A stretch of 64,000 nt of DNA, taken from Spirochaetia bacterium. GTDB taxonomy: Bacteria > Spirochaetota > Spirochaetia > SZUA-6 > Bin103. Numbering within the stretch: the first letter of the stretch is position 1; the number at the start of each line of letters is the position of its first letter. Made by a program: the position numbers and the translations under genes. The DNA is taken from NCBI GenBank assembly GCA_965203055.1, contig OZ241863.1, positions 3,744,001 through 3,808,000 on the forward strand, written 5' to 3'. This document shows, in pieces, positions 17,123 through 26,961 of this stretch. The notes beneath the pieces are model-generated. The model was not told the DNA's origin, searched no databases, and saw nothing but the letters and a program-made list of their open reading frames with translations.

Positions 17123-18625
17123 TCACTGAGCGGGGCGGTGCAGGGCGGCTTCCAGGTGGCCGCGCCAACGGTGGTAGGCGGCGGCGTAGGCCGCGCGCCG
17201 GGCGGCGTCGGGCGCTACCGTGAGCACCCGCTGCAGACCCTCGAACGCGGCCTCCCGGTCGTAGATGCCGGCGCCAATGCCGGCGCCGCGCGCCGCGCCC
17301 TGGGCGCCGTCGGCGTCGTACAGCTCGACGACGGCGCCGGTGGTGGTGGCGAACGCCTCGCGGAACAGCGGGCTGAGGAACAGGTTGGCGTGGCCGGCGC
17401 GCACCGCAGCCGCGGTAACGCCAACCCCGCGCATCACCTCCAGCCCGTAGGCCAGCCCGAAGGCGATGCCCTCCTGGCCGGCGCGCAACAGGTGGCCGCG
17501 CTGATGGGTATTGAAGCCCAGCCCATGCACCGACGCCCCCAGGTCGCGGTTGCCGAGCATGCGTTCGGCGCCGTTGCCGAACGGCAGGACCACCAGTCCC
17601 GCGGCACCAACCGGAGTGGCGGCCGCGGCGGCGTTCAGCGCCGCGTAGTCCGCTCCCTCCGCGCAGATGCGCCGCAGCCAGCTATTCAGAATACCGGTCC
17701 CGTTCAGGCACAGCAGCACCCCGTAGCGCGGGCGGTCCGCGGCATGGTTGACGTGCACGAAGGTGTTGACCCGCGACTGCGGATCGTAGTCCGCGCGGTC
17801 GGCCACCCCATACACCACCCCGGAAGTACCGGCGGTGGCCGCTACGGTACCCGGCTCCAACACGCCCAGCGCCAGGGCGTTGTTGGGCTGATCGCCGGCG
17901 CGGTAGGTGAGCGGGATGCCGCGCCGCAGCCCCAGCTCGGCGGCCGCCGCGGCGGTAAGTTCGCCCTGCGGCGCGAACGTGGGCACCACTTCCGGCACCA
18001 GCGCCGGGTCGATGGCGTAATGGTCCAGCAGGAAGTCGGCGCGCCGGCCGTGCGAGAAATCCCACAGCATCCCCTCCGACAACCCCGCCGGAGTAGTCGC
18101 CCATTCGCCGGTGAGCCGCCAGGCGAGGTAGTCGCCCGGCAACAGCAGATGCGCCGCCGCGGCGGCAACGCGCGGCTCCTGCTCGATCACCCAGCGCATC
18201 TTCGAGGCGGTGAAGTTGCCCGGCGAGTTGAGCAGGCGCCCCAGCGTCTGCTCGCGGCCCAGCTCCTGCAATGCGCGGTCGCCGATGGCCACCGCCCGGC
18301 TGTCGCACCAGATGATGGCGGGCCGCAGCACCGCGCCGGCGGCGTCAGTCAGCACCAGGCCGTGCATCTGATAGGAAACGCCGATCGCCTCCACCGCCGC
18401 CAGGGAGCGGCCGGCGCCCGCCGCGCGCAGCATGCCGGTGGCCGCGGCCAGGTGCTGCCACCAGGTGGCCGGATCCTGCTCCGCCCAGCCGGGCCGCGGC
18501 GCCGCCATCGCCAGCTCGGTCGCCGGCGAGGTGGCCGCCGCCACCTGCCGCCCGCTGTCGATCGCCACCAGCGCCGCCTTGACCGCGGAGCTGCCGACGT
18601 CGTAGCCCAGCAAGTATCCTGCCAC
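17123..18625 (-). CDS. FGGY-family carbohydrate kinase (xylulokinase-like)
   Basis: LGYDVGSSAVKA, GWAEQDP, SYQMHG, IIWCDSR, AGDQPNNA and GTSG motifs. Confidence 0.9.
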   Translation of the reverse strand: MAGYLLGYDVGSSAVKAALVAIDSGRQVAAATSPATELAMAAPRPGWAEQDPATWWQHLAAATGMLRAAGAGRSLAAVEAIGVSYQMHGLVLTDAAGAVLRPAIIWCDSRAVAIGDRALQELGREQTLGRLLNSPGNFTASKMRWVIEQEPRVAAAAAHLLLPGDYLAWRLTGEWATTPAGLSEGMLWDFSHGRRADFLLDHYAIDPALVPEVVPTFAPQGELTAAAAAELGLRRGIPLTYRAGDQPNNALALGVLEPGTVAATAGTSGVVYGVADRADYDPQSRVNTFVHVNHAADRPRYGVLLCLNGTGILNSWLRRICAEGADYAALNAAAAATPVGAAGLVVLPFGNGAERMLGNRDLGASVHGLGFNTHQRGHLLRAGQEGIAFGLAYGLEVMRGVGVTAAAVRAGHANLFLSPLFREAFATTTGAVVELYDADGAQGAARGAGIGAGIYDREAAFEGLQRVLTVAPDAARRAAYAAAYHRWRGHLEAALHRPAQ

Positions 18626-18725
18626 TTCAGCCCCTCATCCCGGCTCCACGACGCGCGGGCCGGCCGCGAGGCGGTTGCGCTGCCCGGCGGCTCTGGCCGC
18701 GCGGCCCCGGCCGCGGCGGCGCCGG

Positions 18726-20066
18726 TCAGCCGCCACCGCGGTAGGCCGGCAACAGGTCGCCGTGGGCCTCGATCAGATCGTCGCACAGGCTCACGATCTG
18801 GTCCAGGCTCAGCTCGCTGGCGGTGTGCGGGTCGAGCATCGCGGCCTGGTAGACGTGGTCGCGGCGCCGGGTCAGGGCCGCTTCCACGGTGAGCAGTTGG
18901 ACGTTGACGTTGGTGCGGTTGAGCGCCGCGCACGGCTCCGGCAGGTCGCCCACGACGCAGCCCTGCACCCCGTTGCGATCCACCAGCGAGGGCACCTCGA
19001 CGCAGGCCGCGCGCGGCAGGTTGCCAATGAAGCCGGCATTCAGCAGGTTGCCGTGGATGCGGTAGGGGGTGTCGGTGACGATCGCCTCCATGATGCGCGA
19101 GCCGTACTCCACCGAGCGCTCGTGGCCCAGGTCGGGATTGTCGACCATGGTGGCGCTCTGCGTACGCCAGCGTTCGAGCTGCCGCAGGCAGCGCCGCGGG
19201 TACTCGTCCAGGGGGATGTTGAACTCTTCGATCAACTCGGGATGGGTGCGCTTGATCCAGTAGGGGAAGTACTCGGCGCTGTGTTCCGAGGATTCGGTGA
19301 GGTAGTAGCCGAAGTGGCGCATCATCTCGAACCGCACCATGTCGCCGTGGCGCGCGCCGCCGGCGCGCGCGGCGCGGTTCAGCTCGGCGGCGCGGCGCTT
19401 CACCTCGGGGTAGAGATCCTCTCCGGCGGCGCGCAGCTCCAGCAGCCACGCCTGGTGGTTGATGCCGGCAATGCGCCACTTGGTGGCCGCCGGATCGTGC
19501 TCCATCTGCAGTTTCTGCAGCAGGCGCGGCACGCAGGCCTGCACCGAGTGGCACAGGCCGACCGCCCGCACCGCGCGCCGGCGCAGCACCGCGCCGGTCA
19601 CCATCGCCATCGGGTTGGTGTAGTTCAGCAGCCACGCCTCCGGCGCCGCCTGCTCCATGTCCCGCGCCAAGTCGAGCATCACCGGAATGGTGCGCAGCGC
19701 GCGGAAGATGCCGCCGATCCCCAGCGTGTCGCCGATGGTCTGGCGCAGGCCGTAGCGCTTGGGCACCTCGAAGTCGATCACCGTGCTCGGCTCGTAACCG
19801 CCCACCTGAATGGCGTTGACCACGAAGTCGGCGCCGCGCAGCGCCTCCCGCCGCGCGCCGGTGCCCAGGTGGGTCTCGATCCGGGCGCGGCCGGCGTTGA
19901 GGTTGCGGTTCAGGGTAGTAAGCATCGCCTGCGACTCGCGCAGGCGCTGGGCGTCGATGTCGTACAGGGCGACGGTGGCGGCGCGCAACGGCTCGGTCAG
20001 CAGGCAGTCGCCGATGATGTTCTTGACGAACACGGTCGAGCCGGCGCCGACGAAGGTGATCTTCAT
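18726..20066 (-). CDS. melA: GH4 NAD-dependent alpha-galactosidase/glucosidase (MelA-like)
   Basis: KITFVGAGS, QTIGDTLGIGGIFRALRT, LNYTNPMA, GLCHS, GINH and TESSEH motifs. Confidence 0.85.
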   Translation of the reverse strand: MKITFVGAGSTVFVKNIIGDCLLTEPLRAATVALYDIDAQRLRESQAMLTTLNRNLNAGRARIETHLGTGARREALRGADFVVNAIQVGGYEPSTVIDFEVPKRYGLRQTIGDTLGIGGIFRALRTIPVMLDLARDMEQAAPEAWLLNYTNPMAMVTGAVLRRRAVRAVGLCHSVQACVPRLLQKLQMEHDPAATKWRIAGINHQAWLLELRAAGEDLYPEVKRRAAELNRAARAGGARHGDMVRFEMMRHFGYYLTESSEHSAEYFPYWIKRTHPELIEEFNIPLDEYPRRCLRQLERWRTQSATMVDNPDLGHERSVEYGSRIMEAIVTDTPYRIHGNLLNAGFIGNLPRAACVEVPSLVDRNGVQGCVVGDLPEPCAALNRTNVNVQLLTVEAALTRRRDHVYQAAMLDPHTASELSLDQIVSLCDDLIEAHGDLLPAYRGGG

Positions 20067-20106
20067 GGCGCATGATTGCAGCATGGAGCGACAAAATATG
20101 CCAGCG

Positions 20107-20145
20107 GCTATCCCGCCGCGCGCGGGCGGCGCGCGGCGGGATAGC
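20107..20145. repeat. Perfect 17-bp inverted repeat in the melA/trkA divergent intergenic region
   Basis: GCTATCCCGCCGCGCGC-gggcg-GCGCGCGGCGGGATAGC. Confidence 0.85.
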
Positions 20146-20180
20146 GCGCGGTTGGGGCGTGCGCGCGGGCAGGCATCTTG

Positions 20181-20209
20181 TTGCCAGCCGCCCGCGCAAA
20201 GGCCATATT
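20181..20209 (+). promoter_or_regulatory. Candidate sigma70 promoter of trkA (probably leaderless)
   Basis: TTGCCA-17 bp-CATATT, 7 nt before the ATG, no SD. Confidence 0.45.
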
Positions 20210-20216
20210 GACGCCG

Positions 20217-21614
20217 ATGCCTGAGAAGGTGGTCATCGCCGGCGCCGGCACCACCGGCTTCCAGGTGGCGCGTCACCTGGTGGCCGACAACAAGGACGTG
20301 GTCCTCATCGAGCGCAATCCCGAGACCGCCAAGTATGCCGTGAACCACCTCGATTGCATGGTGATCAACGACTCCGGCAACCGCCTGCCGGCGCTGCGCG
20401 AGGCGGGCATCCACAACGCCGACTTCTTCATCAGCGTCACCGACAGCGACGAGTTCAACATCGTGGCCTGCGGCTTGGTGGCGAGCGAATTCCGGGTACC
20501 GTGCAAGATCGCGCGGGTGCGCAACCCGGAGTACGCCAACTCGCACCTGCCCGAGCACTCCTTCCTGGAGGTGGACTACTTCGTCAATCCCGAGATCGAA
20601 GCGGCGCGGGCAATCGCCAAGTCGGTGGAGCAGGGCGCCACCAGCGACGTGATGACCTTCGAGAATACCGACCTGCAGATGCGCAACTTTCTGGTGGACG
20701 ACCGCACCCTGTTCGCGCGCCAGAGCATCGCCGGCATCAAGCAGGCGCTGGACGCCGAGTTCATGGTGGCCGGCATCTCCCGCGGCGCGGAGTTCTTCGT
20801 GCCGAGCGGCGATGCGCGGGTGGAAGCCGGCGACGAGCTGTATCTGGTAGCCGCCGAGCACACGCTGGACGAGGTGTTCGTGATCGCCGGGCGGCCGCGG
20901 GTGACGCTCAAGAACGTGATTCTGGTGGGAGGCGGCCGGGTCGGGAGCTTCGTGGCCGAGGCGCTGGTCGCCAAGCCCAACGGACGCCAGGCGCGGCGCC
21001 TGCTCGACTACCTGCGGCGGACCCAGAAGACCCTCAAGATCGTGGACAGCAACTACGACAACTGCAAACGTCTGGCCGAGCGGTTTCCCGATGCGGTGGT
21101 GATCAACAGCGACGTGTCCGAGGAAGGGTTCTTCGAGGAGGAGACGCTGGCCGGCTACGACCTGATCATCACCACCACCAACAACCCGGAGCTCAACATC
21201 CTGGTGGCGATCTATGCCAAGACCCTGGGCATCAAGCGCTCCATTGCCCTGGTGAACAAGTTCAACTACCTCAAGGTGGCGTCGCGGCTTGGCGCGGACG
21301 TCATCATCAGCCCCAAGTACAGCGTGGTGAACAGCATCCTCAAGTTCATCCGGCGCGGGCGGGTGAAGAGCGTGCACAGCATCTTCGGCGGGCTGGCCGA
21401 GGTAATCGAGTCGAAGCTGGATGGTTCGCGCGGGTTCGTCGGGCGCGAGATCCGCGACCTCAGGATGCCGGACAACTCGCTGGTGGTAGCGGTGACCCGC
21501 AACGGCTCCCACTTCGTGCCGCGCGGCAACTTCGTCCTTCACGACGGCGACAAGCTCACCATGGTGGCCAAGACCGAGTCGATCGCGCGCGTGGAGGAGA
21601 TGTTCAACACCTGA
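20217..21614 (+). CDS. trkA: Trk potassium uptake NAD-binding subunit TrkA
   Basis: Two RCK_N/RCK_C repeats (VIAGAGTTG; ILVGGGRVG), KIARVRNPEY; adjacent to trkH. Confidence 0.92.
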   Translation: MPEKVVIAGAGTTGFQVARHLVADNKDVVLIERNPETAKYAVNHLDCMVINDSGNRLPALREAGIHNADFFISVTDSDEFNIVACGLVASEFRVPCKIARVRNPEYANSHLPEHSFLEVDYFVNPEIEAARAIAKSVEQGATSDVMTFENTDLQMRNFLVDDRTLFARQSIAGIKQALDAEFMVAGISRGAEFFVPSGDARVEAGDELYLVAAEHTLDEVFVIAGRPRVTLKNVILVGGGRVGSFVAEALVAKPNGRQARRLLDYLRRTQKTLKIVDSNYDNCKRLAERFPDAVVINSDVSEEGFFEEETLAGYDLIITTTNNPELNILVAIYAKTLGIKRSIALVNKFNYLKVASRLGADVIISPKYSVVNSILKFIRRGRVKSVHSIFGGLAEVIESKLDGSRGFVGREIRDLRMPDNSLVVAVTRNGSHFVPRGNFVLHDGDKLTMVAKTESIARVEEMFNT

Positions 21615-21619
21615 AGCGG

Positions 21620-23143
21620 GTGCGCGCGCCGCAGCCCGGCCGGCGGGTCGGCCGCCCGCCCCATCGCGCGCCCGCGCCGGCGAGCGACCGGCCGGGCCGG
21701 GCCGGGGTCATCATCTACACCATTTCGGCCCTGCTGCTGATGGTGGGCCTGTTCATGCTGGCTGGGGTCGCCGTGGCCCTGGGGTATGGAGAAGTGCATG
21801 CGGCGCGCGGCTTCGCCGTCGCCGTGAGCGTGGCGCTGGGCTGCGGCCTGAGCGGATTCCTGCGGTTCCGCCGCTACCGCGACGGCGCCCTGCTCACCCG
21901 CGACGGATTTCTGGTGGTGGTTGCGAGCTGGCTGGTGGTGTCCGCCTTCGGCGCGCTGCCGTTCGTCCTCACCGGCAGCATCCCCAGCTACACCGACGCC
22001 TTCTTCGAGACCATGTCGGGGTTCACCACCACCGGCGCCTCGATCCTGCGCGACATCGAAGCGCTGCCCCGTTCGATCCTGTTCTGGCGTTCCCTGACCC
22101 ACTGGATAGGCGGCATGGGCATCGTGGTGCTCACCGTGGCGGTGCTGCCGCGCCTCGGCATCGGCGGGCTCAAGCTGATGCGCTCGGAAGCGCCGGGGCC
22201 GACCCTGGACAAGCTCACCCCGCGGCTCACCGAAACCGCCAAGATCCTGTGGCTGATCTACCTTGCGCTGACCGCGGCCTTGTTCGGGTTGCTGCTGCTG
22301 GCGGGCCTCGACTGGTTCGACGCGCTGACCCACACCTTCGGCGCCGTCGGAACCGCCGGTTTCTCGCCGCGCAACGCGAGCGTCGGCGCCTTCGATTCGG
22401 CATTCGTGGACCTCGTGGTGACGGTGTTCATGCTCCTGGCGGCGGTGAACTTCTCCCTCTACTTCCAGGTGATCCGCGGGCGGCCCGGGCACCTGCTCAG
22501 CAACCTGGAGCTGCGGGTATTCGCGGCGGTGTTCCTGACCGCGGTGGCGCTGGTGACGCTGGCGGTCACCCCGGTGTACGGATCGGTCGGCGAAGGATTG
22601 CGCTACGCCAGCTTCCAGGTGGCCTCGATCCTCACCACCACGGGGTTTGCCACCGCCGACTTCGACGCCTGGCCGGCGCTCGCCAAGGGGGTGCTGGTGA
22701 CCCTGATGCTGGTGGGCGGGTGCGCCGGCTCCACCGCCGGCGGGGTCAAGGTGATTCGTCTGGTAACCCTGTTCAAGCAGGGCCTCAACGAACTCAAGTA
22801 CCTGGTCCACCCGCAGGGCATCTTCATGCTCAAGATCGGCGACCGTCCGGTGAAGAAGGACATCCTGTATCCGGTAGCGGTGTTCTTCTTCCTCTACGTC
22901 ACCCTGGTGATGGTGACCGCGCTCATCGCCTCCGCCGCCGGCCAGGACCTGGTCACCGCCATTGCCACCGGCTTGGCCATGGTGGGCAACGTCGGCCCCG
23001 GCTTCGGGGCCATCGGCCCCACCCGCAGCTACGCGTTCTATCCTGACGCGGTGAAGTGGTGGCTCAGCTTCACCATGCTCATCGGGCGCCTGGAGGTCTA
23101 CAGCGTGCTGGTGCTGCTCACCCCTACCTTCTGGCGCCGGTAG
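21620..23143 (+). CDS. trkH: Trk potassium uptake permease TrkH (start approximate)
   Basis: FFETMSGFTTTGAS, WIGGMGI, TAGFS, TTTGF, GGCAGSTAGGVK, GNVGPG and MLIGRLE motifs. Confidence 0.92.
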   Translation: MRAPQPGRRVGRPPHRAPAPASDRPGRAGVIIYTISALLLMVGLFMLAGVAVALGYGEVHAARGFAVAVSVALGCGLSGFLRFRRYRDGALLTRDGFLVVVASWLVVSAFGALPFVLTGSIPSYTDAFFETMSGFTTTGASILRDIEALPRSILFWRSLTHWIGGMGIVVLTVAVLPRLGIGGLKLMRSEAPGPTLDKLTPRLTETAKILWLIYLALTAALFGLLLLAGLDWFDALTHTFGAVGTAGFSPRNASVGAFDSAFVDLVVTVFMLLAAVNFSLYFQVIRGRPGHLLSNLELRVFAAVFLTAVALVTLAVTPVYGSVGEGLRYASFQVASILTTTGFATADFDAWPALAKGVLVTLMLVGGCAGSTAGGVKVIRLVTLFKQGLNELKYLVHPQGIFMLKIGDRPVKKDILYPVAVFFFLYVTLVMVTALIASAAGQDLVTAIATGLAMVGNVGPGFGAIGPTRSYAFYPDAVKWWLSFTMLIGRLEVYSVLVLLTPTFWRR

Positions 23144-23189
23144 CCGCCAGCCGCCCGCGCGGCGGCAGCGTCGAATCGGCTTGGCGGCG

Positions 23190-23217
23190 GCTCGGCGCGC
23201 TCGGCGCGCTCGGCGCG
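23190..23217. repeat. Short tandem repeat (GCTCGGCGC)x3
   Basis: Read directly in the intergenic region. Confidence 0.6.
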
Positions 23218-23225
23218 GCGCGTGG

Positions 23226-23254
23226 TTGACCCGCGGCGGGCGGCGGCGCAGACT
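23226..23254 (+). promoter_or_regulatory. Candidate promoter
   Basis: TTGACC-17 bp-CAGACT, followed by a GGAGG RBS. Confidence 0.45.
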
Positions 23255-23277
23255 GGCGCGCGGGAGGTGTGAATTAC

Positions 23278-23730
23278 ATGCCACATGCAACGCCGGGGTC
23301 CGGCAAGGGTTTTCAGGGATTGGCCGGGGTGATTACGGCGCTCACGGTGCTCGCGACCGTAATCTTTACGCTGCTCGGCGTGGTGGGCGTCGTCGACATG
23401 AACTGGGTCGATACGGAGCGGGGGGCCGCGCTCGCCTACGCGGTGGCGTTCGGCAGCATCGCGTTGAGTCCGCTGGCGGCGATCGGCTTCGTCGCCGTCG
23501 GTCTGTTCAACGCGATCGGCATCATCGCGATCGGCGCCGGGTCGGCGCGCGGGATCATTGCCATCGCCGGGGACGACGCGGGCGGCATCATCGCCATCAG
23601 CGCCGGCGGGCGGGCGAGCGGCGTCCTGATCGGCATCGGCGACGAAGCGCGGGGGCTGATTGCCATAGCCTACTCCGGCCGAAAGGCCGCGCCGTTCGCG
23701 AACTGGCCGCCCTGGCCCGGCTCGAACTGA
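23278..23730 (+). CDS. Hypothetical membrane protein with Gly-rich GIIAI repeats
   Basis: Two hydrophobic helices, then repeated GIIAI[GAS] units; GGAGG RBS. Confidence 0.65.
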   Translation: MPHATPGSGKGFQGLAGVITALTVLATVIFTLLGVVGVVDMNWVDTERGAALAYAVAFGSIALSPLAAIGFVAVGLFNAIGIIAIGAGSARGIIAIAGDDAGGIIAISAGGRASGVLIGIGDEARGLIAIAYSGRKAAPFANWPPWPGSN

Positions 23731-23735
23731 GCTCC

Positions 23736-24242
23736 ATGCGCATCTACCTCCTGCGCCACGGCGAGGCCGAGCCGGCCGCCGCGGGGCAGGCCGACGCCGG
23801 GCGGAAGCTCACCGCCCAGGGTCGGCGCCAGTCGGCGCGCGCCGGCGCCGCGTTGCGCGTGCTCGGCGACGCCCCGGCGCTGGTCCTCACCAGCCCGCTG
23901 CCGCGCGCGCGGGAGACCGCGGAGCTCGCCGTAGAGGCGCTGGCCGGAAAGCAGCGCCGCCCGCCGCTGCGGACGCTCGACCGGCTTGCCTCCGGCGCCT
24001 ACCCGGGCGAGGTGCTCGAGGCGATTCCCGCCGATCAGCCGTCGGTGATGCTGGTCGGCCACCAGCCGACGCTCGGGGCCCTGCTGGGGGTGCTGATCGG
24101 CGGCCCGCACGCGGCGCCGATCTGGCTGTCGAAGGCATCGCTGGCCTGCCTGGAGACTCCGGGCGCACCGCAACCCGGCGGCGCCGCGCTGGAGTACCTC
24201 CTGCGCCGCCGCGTCATCGCCGCCCTCGCCGAAACCGCGTGA
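23736..24242 (+). CDS. sixA: Phosphohistidine phosphatase SixA
   Basis: LLRHGEA, LTSPLPRARETA and LVGHQP motifs. Confidence 0.85.
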   Translation: MRIYLLRHGEAEPAAAGQADAGRKLTAQGRRQSARAGAALRVLGDAPALVLTSPLPRARETAELAVEALAGKQRRPPLRTLDRLASGAYPGEVLEAIPADQPSVMLVGHQPTLGALLGVLIGGPHAAPIWLSKASLACLETPGAPQPGGAALEYLLRRRVIAALAETA

Positions 24243-24254
24243 CGGGAGAGTAAC

Positions 24255-25250
24255 ATGCAAGAGAAGGTTCGCTGGGGCATCATTAGTACCGCCCAGATCG
24301 GGCGCAACGTGTTCATTCCGGCGCTGCGCGCCGCCCGGCGCGGGGAGCTGGCGGCGGTGGCCGGGCGCGACGCCGGCCGGACCGCGGCGTTCGCGGCCGA
24401 GCTGGGCGTTCCCGAAGTGTTCGCCAGCTACGACGCCCTGCTCACCAGCGACCGCGTGGATGCGGTGTATCTGCCGCTGCCCAACACGATGCACGAGGAG
24501 TGGACGTTGCGCGCAGTCGAGTGCGGCAAGCACGTCTTCTGCGAAAAGCCGCTGGCCACCACGGCGGCCGGGGCGCAGCGCATGGTGGACGCCGCCCGCC
24601 GCCGCGGCGTGCTGCTGTGGGAAGCGATGGTGTTCCGCTACCACCCGCAGACGCTGCGCCTGCGCCGGCTGCTGGACGGCGGGGCCATCGGCGACCTGCG
24701 CCACCTGCACATGCGCATGAGCTTCAACCTGCCGGCCGGGGAGAACATCCGCCGGCAACCGGAGCTGGGAGGCGGCGTCCTGATGGACGTGGGCTGCTAC
24801 CTGATCACCGTGGCGCGCTGGGCGGCCGCCGGCGAGCCTACCCAGGTCAGCGCCGCCTGGCACGTCGATCCGCAGCACGGCGTCGACCTCCGCCTCGCGC
24901 TGCTGCTGGCGTTCCCCGGCGGCGCCGCGGCGACGCTGTACGGCGGCTTCGACGGGGCGGCCACGCCCGGCGCGCACCTGATCGGCAGCCGCGGTTCCCT
25001 GCACGTCGAGCAGCCGACCCACCCCTACGAGGAGAGCGCCTACACCCTGACCACGCCGGCCGCCACCGAACGGGTCACGCTGCACAACGGCGTGCGCGCG
25101 TTCACCCCCGCCCTCGATCACTTTCACGACTGCGTGCTGGACGGGCGCATGCCCCTGCTCGACGCCCGCGACGCGATCCTCACGCTGCGCGTGATGGAAG
25201 CCGCCCAGGAGGCCGCCCGCAGCCAACGCACCGTCACGCTCGACGGGTAG
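24255..25250 (+). CDS. Gfo/Idh/MocA oxidoreductase
   Basis: WGIISTAQIG, YLPLPN..H, GKHVFCEKP and GGGVLMDVGCY motifs. Confidence 0.92.
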   Translation: MQEKVRWGIISTAQIGRNVFIPALRAARRGELAAVAGRDAGRTAAFAAELGVPEVFASYDALLTSDRVDAVYLPLPNTMHEEWTLRAVECGKHVFCEKPLATTAAGAQRMVDAARRRGVLLWEAMVFRYHPQTLRLRRLLDGGAIGDLRHLHMRMSFNLPAGENIRRQPELGGGVLMDVGCYLITVARWAAAGEPTQVSAAWHVDPQHGVDLRLALLLAFPGGAAATLYGGFDGAATPGAHLIGSRGSLHVEQPTHPYEESAYTLTTPAATERVTLHNGVRAFTPALDHFHDCVLDGRMPLLDARDAILTLRVMEAAQEAARSQRTVTLDG

Positions 25251-25269
25251 GCGGCTCGCCGCCCGCCGG

Positions 25270-26823
25270 TCACGGCACGCGGAGTTCGACGGCCGTTTCG
25301 TAGAGCCGTATTTGCCGGCTCACGCTGCCAGAACGCACCGCGGAGTTGACGATGCTGGTTCCGATGCGCTTCTTGCGCACCTCGTGCAGATCGACGATCC
25401 TGAAACCCTCTCGTTCGGCAATTTCGGCGAACAGCCGGTCGGTCTGAAACTCGATCCCTTGCAGGATATTGTTCCCGATCACGACCACGACCGTTCCCCC
25501 GGAACGCATGAGCGGCAGCGTGGCGGCGCAGAATTTCTGGCAGTCGTTGAAGTACGCCGCGGCGTAGTTCGCCCAGCCCGGACCGCCGTAGACTCCCTTA
25601 TCGGTATTCCGGCTCCTTAGTTCCTCCAATTGACGGGCCAAGTGGGGAAGATCAGCCCGTAGAGACATCGCGGGACCGGAGCGAACGGTCTGCCAGAACT
25701 GGCCGAAGCTGTGCTGCTCTATCTGCTTCAACTCGGCCGCGTGCCGCACCATGCCCAGCCAGAATAGATGCGGCCGCGTGTTCCGCACGTAGTGATAGTT
25801 GTTGAGATAGGGCGGGGAGGTGATGAGTGCGTCCACGCTGCCTGGTTCGGTGCGGTCGGAATGGTCCAGGTAAGATAAGGGATGGACAGCAGCCCGCGGG
25901 AGCTTGTCGTACTTCGCCATCCGGGTCTGAAACGTTACGATATCTTCGTGCATGTCGCGCAACTTGCGGCGTACGACACCGAACACGTCGGCGTTCTCGA
26001 CCGCCGGTTTGCCGGCGCCGGCGCGAGTGCCGAGACTCGGTTCGTAGGTATAGTTCGAGAAGCTCACCATTACGGAACCGAAAGCGACCTGCAGCAGGTC
26101 CCTTACCCAATCGCTCCGTTGCTGGGAAATGAAGTCCATACAAGCCAATACCTGGCGCTCCACCGCAGGACTGAAGAATGGTATCCTGCTACGGAAGCCG
26201 GCCGGTATGCTTGACTGTACGCCGTTGAGCCACGACTCGTCCTCGTCGTATTCTTCGAGTGCGGCAATCACCTCTTCGACCATGGAAGCATCGTAGTGGG
26301 CAGCATTGATCTTCACCCTGCACGCCATGGCGGCGTAAGGATTGATCTCGTAGCCAATCGCGTCGTCGCCCTCCTTGAGCGCTTCGATCAGCGTGGTGCC
26401 GACGCCGGCGAATGGATCCAGAACCTGGAGGCGCCGGCGCGGACTGCGCACCGAGTCGAGCACGCCGGCAACGAACGAACCGGAAAAGCCGGCAATCCAC
26501 GGCACCCAGCGGTGCAGCGCGCGGTCATGGTTTTCGGCGAACGCGGTATCGCCGAGTCCGGCCGCGGGTAACAACAATTCGTATTGCCTGGGGCCGGAGC
26601 CGCCGCTCTCCGTGACGGCAACATTGCGTTTGGCGATGCTGCCGGCCTCTCCGGCCAGCCACGCTTCCAACGCCGGCCGCAGGAAACGCCACTCCCGGCC
26701 CACCTTCCGCGACGGGACGCGCCGCATTCGGGCCAGCTCGCCGAGCGTCCTCTCGCTCACCCGAATCAGCGCAGCCGCCTCAGACAGGGTCAGGATGTCT
26801 GAAACCAGCTTCGTTTCGCTCAT
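25270..26823 (-). CDS. Orphan DNA methyltransferase (N4-cytosine type) with an N-terminal excisionase-like HTH
   Basis: LTLSEAAALIRVSERTL...KVGREWRF (HTH_17-like), motif I VLDPFAGVGTT, motif IV ITSPPY. Confidence 0.85.
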   Translation of the reverse strand: MSETKLVSDILTLSEAAALIRVSERTLGELARMRRVPSRKVGREWRFLRPALEAWLAGEAGSIAKRNVAVTESGGSGPRQYELLLPAAGLGDTAFAENHDRALHRWVPWIAGFSGSFVAGVLDSVRSPRRRLQVLDPFAGVGTTLIEALKEGDDAIGYEINPYAAMACRVKINAAHYDASMVEEVIAALEEYDEDESWLNGVQSSIPAGFRSRIPFFSPAVERQVLACMDFISQQRSDWVRDLLQVAFGSVMVSFSNYTYEPSLGTRAGAGKPAVENADVFGVVRRKLRDMHEDIVTFQTRMAKYDKLPRAAVHPLSYLDHSDRTEPGSVDALITSPPYLNNYHYVRNTRPHLFWLGMVRHAAELKQIEQHSFGQFWQTVRSGPAMSLRADLPHLARQLEELRSRNTDKGVYGGPGWANYAAAYFNDCQKFCAATLPLMRSGGTVVVVIGNNILQGIEFQTDRLFAEIAEREGFRIVDLHEVRKKRIGTSIVNSAVRSGSVSRQIRLYETAVELRVP

Positions 26824-26915
26824 ATTCCGTTATCTTCCGGTATATTCTATTCCACGTGATGGGATGTCAAGACGTCCGAATCGCGCTTGACTACCTCCTC
26901 GTCTTGTGAGATCAT

Positions 26916-26943
26916 GCCGTTGAGTCTCGATAGTCTCGACGGC
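26916..26943. promoter_or_regulatory. Imperfect inverted repeat before the SBP RBS (operator or 5'-UTR stem)
   Basis: GCCGTTGAGTCT-cgat-AGTCTCGACGGC immediately upstream of AGGAGG. Confidence 0.4.
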
Positions 26944-26961
26944 TCAGGAGGAAGTGTGACA

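Noticed and set aside
18726..21542. 938-aa fusion ORF including GH4
   Set aside because: The N-terminal extension is the antisense of trkA; the real start is MKITFVGAGS at 20066.
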